Shown: piece after piece, positions 36,532 to 48,222 of the stretch
How the letters are laid out: each line of letters opens with the position of its first letter
How positions within the stretch are numbered: the stretch's first letter is position 1
DNA from: Mustelus asterias
Lineage: Eukaryota
Direction: 5' to 3'
NCBI RefSeq assembly: GCF_964213995.1
Contig: NC_135827.1
Span: 21,080,001 to 21,144,000 of the forward strand
Length of the DNA: 64,000 nucleotides
The notes under the pieces: model-generated
What the model saw: the letters and a program-made list of their open reading frames with translations, nothing else
What the model was told of the DNA's origin: nothing
Databases searched by the model: none
Program-made: the position numbers and the translations under genes

Positions 36532-36613
36532 GGTGCTGAATCTATTGTGACTGCCTGTCATCTCAAGACATTGACCAGACTTGGCTAAAACATCTCCCCA
36601 ATGATTGCGATAC
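36532..36613 (-). pseudogene. Degenerate partial duplicate of the V exon 5' end (copy A intron 1)
   Basis: Aligns by eye to 35945-36015 plus its upstream intron; reads GIAIIGEMF*PSLVNVLR*QAVTI; keeps the ttccatcag acceptor and is followed by gtaaga. Confidence 0.75.
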
Positions 36614-37297
36614 CTGATGGAATATAAAGCTTTGTCATCTTCATTTTGAAGTTACTTCCTCATGATTTTCAACAGAAATGGGGAATATTAAAATCTCAAT
36701 TTAAACAGTGTCGAGTTGCGATATCCTTCCAATTGGATCTAATGTAAAAAAAGATTTTCTCAGACTTAATTCTAAACTATGCAACGCTTTGGGACCAGCT
36801 GCTCTGCACTAATATTTTCTTCCATTTTAAATTTGTTTTACTTTGTAAAACTAGACAGATGTCACCACAAATAATCTATAGATTTCTGATGTTACCATAA
36901 GAATCTATAGACTTTAGCTTCCAATTCTGTGAAATGGCTGCTATCAGTGTGAACACTGAGCAATGAATGACACACTTTTACCAAAGATCTACACAACTTT
37001 AAGCAATACAACCCTAATCAGGGTGAGAATTGGCAATCGGTCTACAAAGCATCAACTCAACTGAAATATAAATTATACAGCAGGAAATTTAACCCAGCCA
37101 CTGTGATGAGGGCCTTTGAATAGTGATCTTAACCGAATCATTCAAGTTCAGTCTCACTTGCAATCTCTCTCTTCAGTACAACATACTATAAAAATACTGA
37201 AATATTCTTTAAAAAATGAATCAATTGCCTCTAACATCCATACCCCAGCACTCCGACAATGTACACGTCTCCTGAGCAGAGAGAGAAAATATCTTAC

Positions 37298-37346
37298 CTT
37301 GAACTCCTGTTTGTAAAATGAAAAGCAGCTTCAGCAGGAATTGCAT
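37298..37346 (-). CDS. IgSF receptor copy A, exon 1 (signal peptide MQFLLKLLFILQTGVQ|G)
   Basis: ATG at 37346; 16 codons +1 nt of hydrophobic leader; donor G|gtaaga; phase 1 matches the V exon acceptor; same coding sequence in copy B. Confidence 0.85.
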
Positions 37347-37499
37347 CTTTTCAATGTTTCCCACTGTTCCCGAAGCTGTTTAAACTCTCAGACCCAGGAC
37401 CAGTTATTATCCTGTGCGTCTGTGTTTGAGACATCAATGCGGATGTTCCACCCGGTAATTAACCTGAATTTCACCCTGCAACCGGCAACAACTGTGAAA

Positions 37500-37560
37500 T
37501 ACCATGACTTTCTGCTATCTTAAGGAAGGAAGTTACGTGGGAAGCGAAGATTGCTTTCTT
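37500..37560. promoter_or_regulatory. Putative proximal promoter of copy A with ETS-like (GGAAGGAAGT) and GATA motifs
   Basis: About 170-200 bp upstream of the ATG; also present in copy B (~62410-62470), but that region is duplicated wholesale. Motif matches only. Confidence 0.25.
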
Positions 37561-38057
37561 TTCTCTTTTGATTTAACGGTGTTGTAAAGTTCTACGTTGA
37601 GGAGGCTTTTTAATCAAAGAAAATTAAAGAATCCCGCCAACATATTTCTGCTCCATAATAGCTGATCTAGGACGCTGATTGTAATAGATTCAATACTAAT
37701 TTCAATACTCCAATTATAATACAGTGGGCACCTTACAAGGTTTACATCAGGTTTACTTATCAGGTTTACATTGATTCAAATCGCTTTTCATCCCATGAAT
37801 ACAGTTGTTATTTTCTACATTTACAACACTAATCCTCTACTTATTTGAACTGTGTCAGTTAAATTGGTCAGGAGAATATTTTCTCCTTTCTTAAACTACA
37901 AATAGCTCACACATCTCCCACCCCATCCCTTGTACCCAAGGACCAAAGCTGCATTAATCCACCAATACCTATTTCAGATCACTATTGTCAGGGGCAGCCT
38001 ACAGGTTGGGAGTTACACCACCATTGAGTATCTCTTGAGTTCTTAATGGAAGCAACT

Positions 38058-38129
38058 TCCTCGTTCGTGTAGAGGTTATTATCCTCGTCTGTTACGCTGG
38101 AGACCGGGGTTCAATTCCCCGATGGGGAT
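38058..38129 (+). pseudogene. tRNA-Asp(GTC)-derived pseudogene (anticodon decayed to GTT)
   Basis: TCCTCGTTcGTgTAGaGGTtAtTATCCtCGtCTGTtACGCtGGAGACCGGGGTTCaATTCCCCGAtGGGGA resembles vertebrate tRNA-Asp, with several CpG-type changes. Confidence 0.8.
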
Positions 38130-38145
38130 CTGCCAACTTCCATAT

Positions 38146-39790
38146 GGGCAGCACGATGGCACAGTGGTTAGCACTGCTGCCTCACAGTGCCAAGGACCCA
38201 GGTTCAATTCTGGCCTCGGTCACTGTCTGTGTGGAGTTTGCACTTTCTCCCTGTCTCTGCATGCGTTTTCTCCCACAATCCAAAGATGTGCGGGTTAGGT
38301 GGATTGGCCATGTTTAGTTGAGCCTTAATGTCAGGAGGATTAGCAGGGTAAATGTGTGGGGTTATGGGAATAGGGCCTGAGTGGGATTGTGTTCGGTGCA
38401 AACCCGATGGGCCGAATGGCCTCCTTCTGCACTGTAGGATTCTGTGTTCTTTGATCTCTACTTAGAACCCCACTCTCTGGTGGTTCAGTTAGAATCTCTA
38501 AGGTGGGGCTGGAAGCATTGTTTTCCTCATCACATTAAGAAAATCCCACACAAAGTTTCTACACTGTATGAAAGGTACTTCATGCTGAGCTTCTCACCAC
38601 GCAGTTTGTGAAAGGGAAATGCCTTTCTGGTTAGATTTTCACACCAGTTTCTTTAGTGCACACTGGGGTTAGTTTGTGAGTTGACCCGTTACATTGTCCC
38701 ATTGACATCAATGCATGTCAGAAACTGCTTTCTAAATGCATGTCACAACACAACTGCAGCCTGAAGTCACTGCGGTCACTGTTGAACTACCAGTGCTCCA
38801 CCTTGTGGATAACTGGAACATAGCATTGATAGATTTCTGATGTTCCTCGTGCTAAATTAACCCATCAGCACTCATCCATGTTCGGGGCATGTACTCTGGC
38901 AAAGAGACACTGAAGGAGAAAGGGATGGGAGAAACTAAGGAAGAAATATTCTGATTTAGCAGAGGAAGGGCATTTCAAATAGGAATGTTCTATTATCACA
39001 ATCACAATCATTGAATCTCTACAGTTCAGAAGGAGGCTATTTGGCCAATTGGGTGGGACATTCTGGCTGCGCTCGCCCTGAAACTGGAAAATCCCAGCTG
39101 AGGTCAATGGGCCTTTCCATGGTCCGCCCCTCGCCCGCTACGATTCCCATGGTTGGAATTCCCCCCATTGCACCAACTCTACAACATTTGGCACGGTAGC
39201 ACAGTGGTTAGCACTGCTGCTTCACAGCTCCAGGGTCCCGGGTTCGATTCCCGGCTCGGTCACTGTCTGTGTGGAGTTTGCACATTCTCCTCGTGTCTGC
39301 GTGGGTTTCCTCCAGGTGCTCCGGTTTCCTCCCACAGTCCAAAGATGTGCGGGTTAGGTTGATTGGCCAGGTTAAAAAAAAAATGTCCCTTAGAGTCCTG
39401 GGATGCGTAGGTTAGAGGGATTAGCGGGTAAAATATGTGGGGGTAGGGCCTGGGTGGGATTGTGGTCGGTGCAGACTCGATGGGCCAAATGGCCTCCTTC
39501 TGCACTGTAGGGTTTCTATGTTTCTAAAGGCCATATCCCTGTAAACCCATATATTTACCCCACTAATCCCCCTAACCTACACATATTTGGACCCTAAGGG
39601 GCAATTTAACATGGTCAATTCACCTAACCTGCACATCTTTGGACTGTCGGAGGAAACCGGAGCACCTGGAGGAAACCCACGCAGACACGGGGAGAACGTG
39701 CAAAGTCCACACAGACAGTGACCCAAGGCTGAAATTGAACCTGTGTTCTTGGCGCTGTGAGGCAGCAGTGCTAACCACTGTGCCGCCCCA
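38146..39790. mobile_element. HE1 SINEs (38146-38450 +, 39190-39525 +, 39530-39790 -)
   Basis: Head and V-domain motifs. Confidence 0.8.
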
Positions 39791-40794
39791 TAATCAATGT
39801 GAACAATTATCCATAACCCCAGAGTCAGGATTAGGGCTCATGGGGTAGTATATTATCAAAATTTGTGGATTGGTTAATGGAGAAATCAGAGAGGAGGAAT
39901 AAATGGGCCATTTTTGGGATGGTAATTGTGCCCAAGAATCAGTGCAATTGACTCAGCTATTTGCATATTTAGCAATGACCCAGATGGGAGGAGGATTGAG
40001 TGTCATACACCCAGATTTACAAAGCTAGGTGGGAAAGTGAGCCCTAAGGAGGACACAATATGGCTGCAAAGCAGTGGTAGGCAACCTGCAGTCCAGGGGC
40101 CACATGCAGCCCACAAAACATTTTGTTGACCACTGCCCACCATGGAGTTGCCACATTCCACTTGTTTCCATCCATGTTGTATTTTTTCCTACTGGTATGT
40201 CTAAAGTGCCATGCACATAAAGCAAGGGCACGTGAAATGAGATGCATAGTGATACCAGACAGCATTGACTGTGAGAGCCGTGCGCTCCCTCTGTGTCCAA
40301 TCTAAGTGTAAATATTTCTTTTGTTTTTACCATTTGAAATTGATGACAGCTCCATTAGAAAATAAGAACGATTAAGCATTTTCTATAAATCATTATGAAT
40401 TATTCAGCGTGTTTTCAATGTAATTAATCTTATTCGTGGGGCCATGGTTACTCAACATGCCCGACTTGAGTCATACGGCCCACTGTGAATAGGGAGGGTC
40501 ACACATGTAGCCCACTTACTAGCCTAGGCTGCCCATCACTGCTTCAAATGGATATGAACATTCATTCTCGACTTTGCACCCAAGGGAATCAGACCCTCAA
40601 TGTCAACACTTGAATAGTTCAAACAGATCACTTTCTAAATTCAGGGTAGAAAACACTTCAGTATTTGAGCTCGGAAGTGGCAGAAAGAATATGATGTAGA
40701 AAATGCTAGTCAGAGACTACTTCAGAGGGTCCCGGGCAGCAGGTGAAATGCTGATTGGGTGTTCGAACCTCCCAGGCTATTCCCACAGGGTCAT

Positions 40795-41882
40795 AAGACC
40801 ATAAGACATAGGAGCAGAATTAGGCCACTCGGCCCATCGAGTCTGCTCCACCATTCAATCATGGCTGATATTTTTCTCATCCCCATTCTCCTGCCTTTTC
40901 CCCATAACCCCTGATCCCCTTATTAATCAATAACCTATCTATCTCTGTCTTAAAGACACTCAATGACCTGGTCTCCACAACCTTCTGCGGCAAAAAGTTC
41001 CACAGATTCACCACTCTCTGGCTGAAGAAATTCCTCCTCATCTCTGTTTTAAAGGATTGTCCCTTTAGCCTGAGGTTGTGGCCTCTAGTTCTAGTTTTTC
41101 CTACTCATGGAAACATCTTCTTCATGTCCACTCTGTCCAGACCTCGCAGTATCCTGTAAGTTTCAATAAGATCCCTCCTGATGCTTCTAAACTCCAACGA
41201 GGACAGACCCAGAATTCTCAGCTGTTCCTCATACGACAAGCTCTTCATTCTTGTGAACCTCCTCTGGACCCTTTCCAAGGCCAGCACATCCTTCCTTAGG
41301 TATGCGGCCCAAAACTGCTCACAATACTCCAAATGGGGTCTGATCAGAGCCTTATACAGCCTCAGAAGTACATCCCTGCTCTTGTATTCTAGCCCTCTCG
41401 AGATGAATGCTAACATTGCATTTGCCTTCGTAGCTGCCGACTGAACCTGCACATTAACCTTAAGAGAATCTTGAACAATGACTCCCAAGTCCTTTTGTGT
41501 TTCTGATTTCCTAAGCACTTGCCCATTTAGAAAATAGTCTATGCCTCCATTCCTCCTTCCAAAGTGCATAACCCCACACTTTTCCACATTATATTCGATC
41601 TGCCACTTCTTTGTCCACTCTCCTAACCTGTCCAAGTCCTTCTGCAGCCCCCCTGCTTCCTCAATACTACCCAACCCTCTACGTATCTTTGAATCATCTG
41701 CAAGCTTAGTAACAGTACCTTCAGTTTCTTCCTCCAAATCGTTAATGTATATTGTGAAAAGCTGTGGTCCTAGCACTGACCCCTGAGGCAGACCACTAGT
41801 CACCGGCTGCCATTCTGAAAAAGACCCCTTTATCCCCGCTCTCTGCCTTGTGCCAGTCAACCAATCCTCTTTCCATGCCAGG
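40795..41882 (-). mobile_element. CR1/HER1 LINE 3' portion (RT)
   Basis: ORF 41105-41914: SGLPQGSVLGPQLFTIYINDL, KLADDSK, LIRPHLEYC. Confidence 0.9.
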
Positions 41883-42917
41883 GACCCTGAATTAGAATTT
41901 CCAAAGGGTCCCATATCTCATCGTCTTGGGTACAACTGGTCTCCAACTATCCAGCAACCGAAAGATTTGGGCCAAAATAATATTTTTTAATAAGAGATTG
42001 GTAAATATTGATATTCAGGGGAGCTGGGTCTTTTGTACATGAATTACAGAAAGTTAACATGTAAGTACAACATGCAGTTTGCAAAGCAGCTGGTGTATTT
42101 ATATTGGAGTATAAGTTCAGGAAATTTTGTTGTAAAACTCTCTTCAAACGTGAATGCCAAGATACTGTTTCCCCTGGCTGGAGAGTCAAAATTTAGGGCT
42201 CATAATCTTTGGACAAAGGGTCTGCCATTTAGAATTGAGATGAGCAAAGTAATTCATTCAGGGTGTTGTGAATCTTTAGAATTCTCTACTTCAGGTGGTT
42301 ATGAATGTTCAGTTAATAGAGATATTCAAGACTGAGATCAGTAAACGTTGGGTACTTAAGGGAGTTAAGAGTTACAGGTCTAGGTTGTGAAAGGGAAGCT
42401 AATGTAAAAGTTCAGACGTGATCTTATTGAATGGTGGAGCAGCTGTGATGAGCCATATTGAATACTCCTGTTCTGAATTCTAATGTTCTAAAACTCTTCA
42501 GAACTTTAGAATTCTCCTATATGCACTATTTGGCACAAACCATTAGGTCATGTTGTTTCACTTCAACATGGGTTGTTTAGTCACTTGGTTAGATAGCTGG
42601 TTGAAAGGTTGAGTGAGTAGAGACAGGATTAGATAAAATGGATAATGTGGAGAAAGTACATTGCAGAGATTAATTTCCTTCCTTCATCTTGTGGTCTTAT
42701 ACATTAAATACTGTCGCTTGGCAGTATTGAACTTGAGTATCACTGAAGGAAAAGCATGTGTCGAAGCTTTTTGTCTTGCACACATCAGCACAATTCACAA
42801 GAAGATGTCACACCACAGCTTGTGGTGGAAAATAAAAGCCCATGGTACAGCGGGTAACATATCAGAATGGATAGAAGATTGGCTCACTGGCAGTAAGTAG
42901 ACTTCGCATAAATGGGT

Positions 42918-43151
42918 CAAAGCAAATTACTGCAGATGCTGGAATCTGAAACCAAAAGAGAAAATGCTGGAAAACCTCAGCAGATCTGACAGCTTCTGTA
43001 AGGAGAGAAAAGAGCTGACATTTCAAGTCCAGATGACCCTTTGTCAAAGCTTTGACAAAGCGTTATCTGGACTCAAAACGTCAGCTCTCTTCTCTCCTTA
43101 CAGATGCTGCCAGACGGGCTGAGATTTTCCAACATTTTCTCTTTTGGTTTT
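42918..43151. mobile_element. Palindromic Penelope-like pLTR element of a second family
   Basis: Inverted arms centred on ctttgtcaaagctttgacaaag; TSD cataaatgggt at 42907-42917 and 43152-43162. Confidence 0.65.
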
Positions 43152-43654
43152 CATAAATGGGTGTGTTTCTTTTTGGCAGGACGTGATGAGTGGATTCCCA
43201 CAGGAGTCTGTACTGGTAAGGGGAGTGAAGGCATGGTAGCTAAATGTGCAGGTGATAAAAAGATAGGTAGGAAAGTATGTTGTGAAGTGGATAGAAGGAG
43301 GTTGCTGACAGATGTAGAAAGGACTCAGTGAGTGGACAAAAATCTGGCAGATGGAGTATAATGCGGGATAATGTGAATTTGTTCACTTTGGCAAGAAGAA
43401 GAAAAAAGCAGAATATTATGGAGGACAGCTGTAGAATTCTGACGTGCAGAGGAATTGAGGTGTTCTAGTGCATGAGTCACAAAAAGTAAGGAAACAAGGT
43501 ACAGCAAGTAATTAAGAAGACTATTGGAATGCTATCCTTTATTGAGAGAGGAATTGACCATAGAAGTAAGGTTGTTATGCTTCAGTTATACAGGGCATTG
43601 GTGAGAGCACATCTCAAATACTGTGTGTAGTTTTGGTCTCGTTGTTTAAGGAAG

Positions 43655-46162
43655 AGTGCTCCAAGAAAAATAAGGTGGTAATAGCCGGAGATTTTAACTT
43701 TCCCAACATTGACTGGGACAGCCCTAGTATTAGAGGGTTGGATGGAGAGAAATTTGTTGAGTGTATTCAGGAGGAATTTCTCATTCAGTATGTGGATGGC
43801 CCGACTCGAGAGGGGGCAAAACTTGACCTCCTCTTGGGAAATAAGGAAGGGCAGGTGACAGAAGTGTTAATGAGGGATCATTTTAGGACCAGTGACCATA
43901 ATTCTATTAGTTTTAAGATAACTATGGAGAATGATAGGTCTGGCCCAAAAGTTAAAATTCTAAATTGGGGCAAGGCCAATTTTGATGGTATCAGGCAGGA
44001 ACTTTCAAAAGTTAATTGGGGGAGTCTGTGGGAAGGCAAAGGGATGTCTGGCAAGTGGCAGGCTTTCAAAAGTATGTGAAACAGGGTTCAGGATAAACAC
44101 ATTCCTCTTAGAGTGAAGGGCAAGGCTGGCAGATGTAGGAAACCCTGGATGACTCGGGATATTGAGACCCTGGTCAAGAAGAAGAAAGAGGCACATCACA
44201 TGCATAAGCACTTGGGATCAAGTGAATCCCTTGAAGAGTATAGGAGTGTAGGAGTAGAGTTAAGTGAGAAATTAGGAGGGCAAAAAGGGACACGAGATTG
44301 TTTTGGCAGATAAGGCAAAGGAGAATCCAAAGAGCTTCGACAAATACATATAGGGCAAAAGAGTAACAAGGGAGAGAATAGGGCCTCTTAAGGATCAACA
44401 AGGTCATCGGTGACCGGATCCACAAGAGATGGGTGAGATCCTAAATGAATATTTCTCATCAGTATTTACTATTGAGAAAAGCATGGATGTTAGGGAACCT
44501 GAGGAAATAAATAGTGATGTCTTGAGGAGTGTACTTATTGCAGCGAAGGAGGTGCTGGAAGTCTTAAAGCGCATCAAGGTAGATAAATCCCCAGGACCTG
44601 ATGAAGTGTATCCCAGGACATAGTGGGAGGCCAAGGAGGAAATTGCAGGTCCCCTAGCCAAGATATTTGAATCATCGATAGTCACGGGTGAGGTGCCTGA
44701 AGATTGGAGAGTGGCAAATGTTGTGCCTTTGTTTAAAAAGGGCTGCAGGGAAAAGCCTGGGAACTACAGGCCAGTGAGCCTCACATCTGTGGTGGGTAAG
44801 TTGTTGGAAGATATTTTGAGGGACAGGATCTACAGGCATTTAGAGAGGCAAGGACTGATTAGGGACAGTCAGCATGGCTTTGTGAGTGGAAAATCATGTC
44901 TCACAAATTTGATTGAGTTTTTTGAAGGGGTAACCAAGAAGGTAAATGAGGGCAGTGCAATTGATGTTGTCTACATGGACTTTAGCAAGGCCTTTGACAA
45001 GGTACTGCATGGTAGGTTGTTGCGTAAAGTTAAATCTCACGGAATCCAGGTTGAGATATCTAAATGGATACAAAATTGGCTTCTTGACAGAAGCCAGAGG
45101 GTGGTTGTAGAGGGTTGTTTTTCAAACTGGAGGCCTGTGACCAGTGGTGTGCTCAGGGATCAGTGTGGGGTCCACTGCTATTTGTCATTTATATGAATGA
45201 TTTGGATAAGAAGACAGGAGGCATGGTTAGTAAGTTTGCAGATGACACCAAGATTGGTGGCATAGTGGACAGTGAAGAAAATTATCTCCAATTGCAACAG
45301 GATCTTGATCAATTGGGCCAGTGGGCTGACGAATGGCAGATGGAGTTTAATTTAGACAAATGCGAGGTGATGCATTTTGGTAGATTGAACCAGGGCAGGA
45401 CTTACTCAGTTAATGGTAGGGCGTTGGGGAGAGTTACAGAACAAAGAGATCTCAGGGTACATGTTCATAGCTCCTTGAAAGTGGAGTCACAGGTGGACAG
45501 ACTGGTGAAGAAGGTATTTGGCATGCTTGGTTTCATCGGTCAGAATATTGAATACAGGAGTTGGGACGTCTTGTTGAAGTTGTACAATACATTGGTAAGG
45601 CCACACTTGGAATACTGTGTGCAGTTCTGGTCACCCGATTATAGAAAGGATATTATTAAACTAGAAAAAGTGCAGAAAAGATTTACTAGGATGCTACCGG
45701 GACTTGATGGTTTGAGTTATAAGGAGAGGCTGGATAGACTGGGACTTTTTTCTCTGGAGCGTAGGAGGCTGAGGGGTGACCTTATAGAGGTCTATAAAAC
45801 AATGAGGGGCATAGATAAGGTAGATAGTCAATATCTTTTCCCAAAGGTAGGGGAATCTAAAACTAGAGGGCATAGGTTTAAGGTGAGAGAGGAGAGATAC
45901 AAAAGTGTCCAGAGGGGCAATGTTTTCACACAGGGGGTGGTGGGGTCTGGAACAAGCTGCCAGAGGTAGTAGTAGAGGCGGGTACAATTTTGTATTTTAA
46001 AAAACAGTTAGATCGTTACATGGATAAGATGGGTATAGAGGGATATGGGCCAAATGCAGGCAATTGGGATTAGCTTAGGGGTTTAAAAAAAAATGGCGGC
46101 ATGGACAAGTTGGGCCGAAGGGCCTGTTTCCATGCTGGAAACATGTATGACTCTATGACTCT
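43655..46162 (+). mobile_element. CR1 LINE ORF2 (endonuclease + RT, frameshifted), nested in an older CR1
   Basis: GDFNFPNIDW, SDHNSI, PGNYRPVSLTS, YMDFSKAFDKV, SKFADDTK; (ctatga)n tail; the older CR1 continues on both sides (~42800-43655 and 46163-46700). Confidence 0.92.
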
Positions 46163-46711
46163 ATGATTAAGATGCTGGAGGTGGTTCAGAGGAGTTTTAC
46201 TCGACTGATACCTGGAATAAGCAGTTTATCTTATGAGGATGGATTAGACAGACTAGGCTGGTTTTCACTGGAGGTTAGAAGAGTGAGGGGTGACTTCATT
46301 GGAGTATATAAAATCCAGAATCGTCTTAACAAGATAGACGTGGAGATGATGTTTCCTCTTGTGCGTGAGTTGAGAACCGTGGGACACTGCTTGAAAATTG
46401 GAGGTCACCCCCATTTTAGGACAGAGATCAGGAGATTTCTTTTCTTGGAGAATTATGCAATTTTGCAGCTCTCTGCCTCAGGAGGTAGTGGGGAGCAGGA
46501 GCCGATGGGTGTGTGTGGGGTCACTAAATAAATATTTTTAAGATGGAGGTAGGTAGATTCTTGTTAACGGAATCAAAGGTTATGGGGGGGTAGAATGGAA
46601 TGCAGAATTTGAAACACAAGCAGATTAGTCATGATCATATAAAATGGAGGAGCAGGCTCGAGGGGCTGAATGGCCTGCTTATCTTATTTTATATGTTTGT
46701 ATGTGCGTATG

Positions 46712-46955
46712 ATACCAAATGTAAAGGGAACAACAATTTATATTGCATGAGAAGGGAATGATGACTGTTTGGCAAGTGGACTTTAACTGGTAAAGGCATT
46801 GCCATAGAGAATATATCAATTAACAGCCAAGCTTTGTTTAAGAGCACTCTCTTTTGATGCAATATAAATTGTTGTTCCCATTACATTTGATACTCTTGCA
46901 AATTGTCCTGATGAGTGCAAGATGAAAAGCTTTGAAAATATGTGCTTTTTTCAGC
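46712..46955 (+). mobile_element. Short hairpin repeat ending in a hammerhead-like CTGATGA...GAAA motif
   Basis: Inverted repeat caaatgtaaagggaacaacaatttatattgcat / atgcaatataaattgttgttcccattacatttg, then cctgatgagtgcaagatgaaaagctt; reverse fragment at ~42745-42800. Confidence 0.45.
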
Positions 46956-47884
46956 AATACTCAAACCTTACATTATCAAATTACCAACACATATAATTAA
47001 GGTCTTTGCATTAGAGGTGAATAAATGCATTTGGTTTATCTCACAGATTCACATGGGAGAAAACACATTTCTTAAAAGATTCAGACAAGCAGTAATTTCT
47101 GTTTTAACTATTCAGACCCTGGTAAACACAATGGTAGAACCGGGATAGAAAACAACACCAAACAAAAATCCTTGACTGACGTCATTAAGCACGATAGTGG
47201 GACAGATCTGAATCAAAGACATTGGGCCAAATAATGATAGGCTCATTTATCTGGGGGCAAATGTCCTGTTGCATATTTACATTGATTTTTCTTCTTCAAA
47301 CCTGTGCTTGCAGATCTGACACTTCTATTCAGTAATGTTTATTTGGTGAAGATTTGTAAGTGTGCAGACATGATCGTCCTAAACATTAAATTGATTGTTG
47401 AGCATGAATTTTTTAACAATTCTGTGCCATTCTAACTATTCTGCTGGATGTTTCTGGTGGAATCTATTTACCACAGGCCACTGAAAAGTGTCACTGCTCC
47501 CAACTGAAGGGGCAACTTTTAGATTCATGAGTGCGCTCACTTCAGCCATCTCCCATGTGTTATTCCTTATCCTCCCTCCCCCATACACACTAGTTTCCCA
47601 CTCACAAATGGCAAAACCAACATCGGATTCCTTTATTTAAAAACAACTGAATGCCTGCTGCTTATTGCAGGCCCCATACCAATTAACACCAATCGTCTCC
47701 TTTCCTCTTTAAAATACCAACCACAAGGGCACCCATCCTCTCCATAAAGAATATGAGTTCGTCAGGCAATCAGCACAGCTCCAGAATCTCACTGTAGGAG
47801 TTCCTCGGGGAAATGTCTTCAGGCCAATATCTTTAGCTTCTGCATCATTGACATTCCTTGCATCATGCCAGGGTATAGATTGAA

Positions 47885-48222
47885 TCATAGAATTCCTACA
47901 CTACAAAAGGAGACCATTTGGTCCATCAAGTCTGCACCAACAACAACCCCACCCAGGTCCTATCCGCGTAACCCCACATATTTACCCTGCTAATCCCTCT
48001 AACCTACGCATCCCATGATACTAAGGGGCAATTTAGCATGGCAAACCTACCTGACCCGCACAGCTTTGGAGTGTGGGAGGAAACCGGAGGACCTGGAGGA
48101 AACCCACGTAGACACGGGGAGAATGTGCAAATTCCACACAGACAGTGAGCCAAGCCCGGAATTGAACCGAGGTCCCTGGAGCTATGAGGCAGCAATGCTA
48201 ACCACTGTGCCACTGTGCCACC
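47885..48222 (-). mobile_element. HE1-type V-SINE
   Basis: Full motifs. Confidence 0.8.

Larger units (their letters stand above)
30084..38754. repeat. Segmental duplication unit A (promoter through exon 4 of the IgSF gene)
   Basis: Colinear and near-identical to 54217-63665, introns and SINEs included, apart from a few large indels. Confidence 0.95.

Noticed and set aside
38058-38129. Functional tRNA-Asn(GTT)
   Set aside because: The body is tRNA-Asp-like with D-arm and stem mismatches; GTT is explained by CpG decay of GTC.
43633-45969. Active LINE reverse transcriptase gene
   Set aside because: 5'-truncated, with multiple stops and frameshifts.
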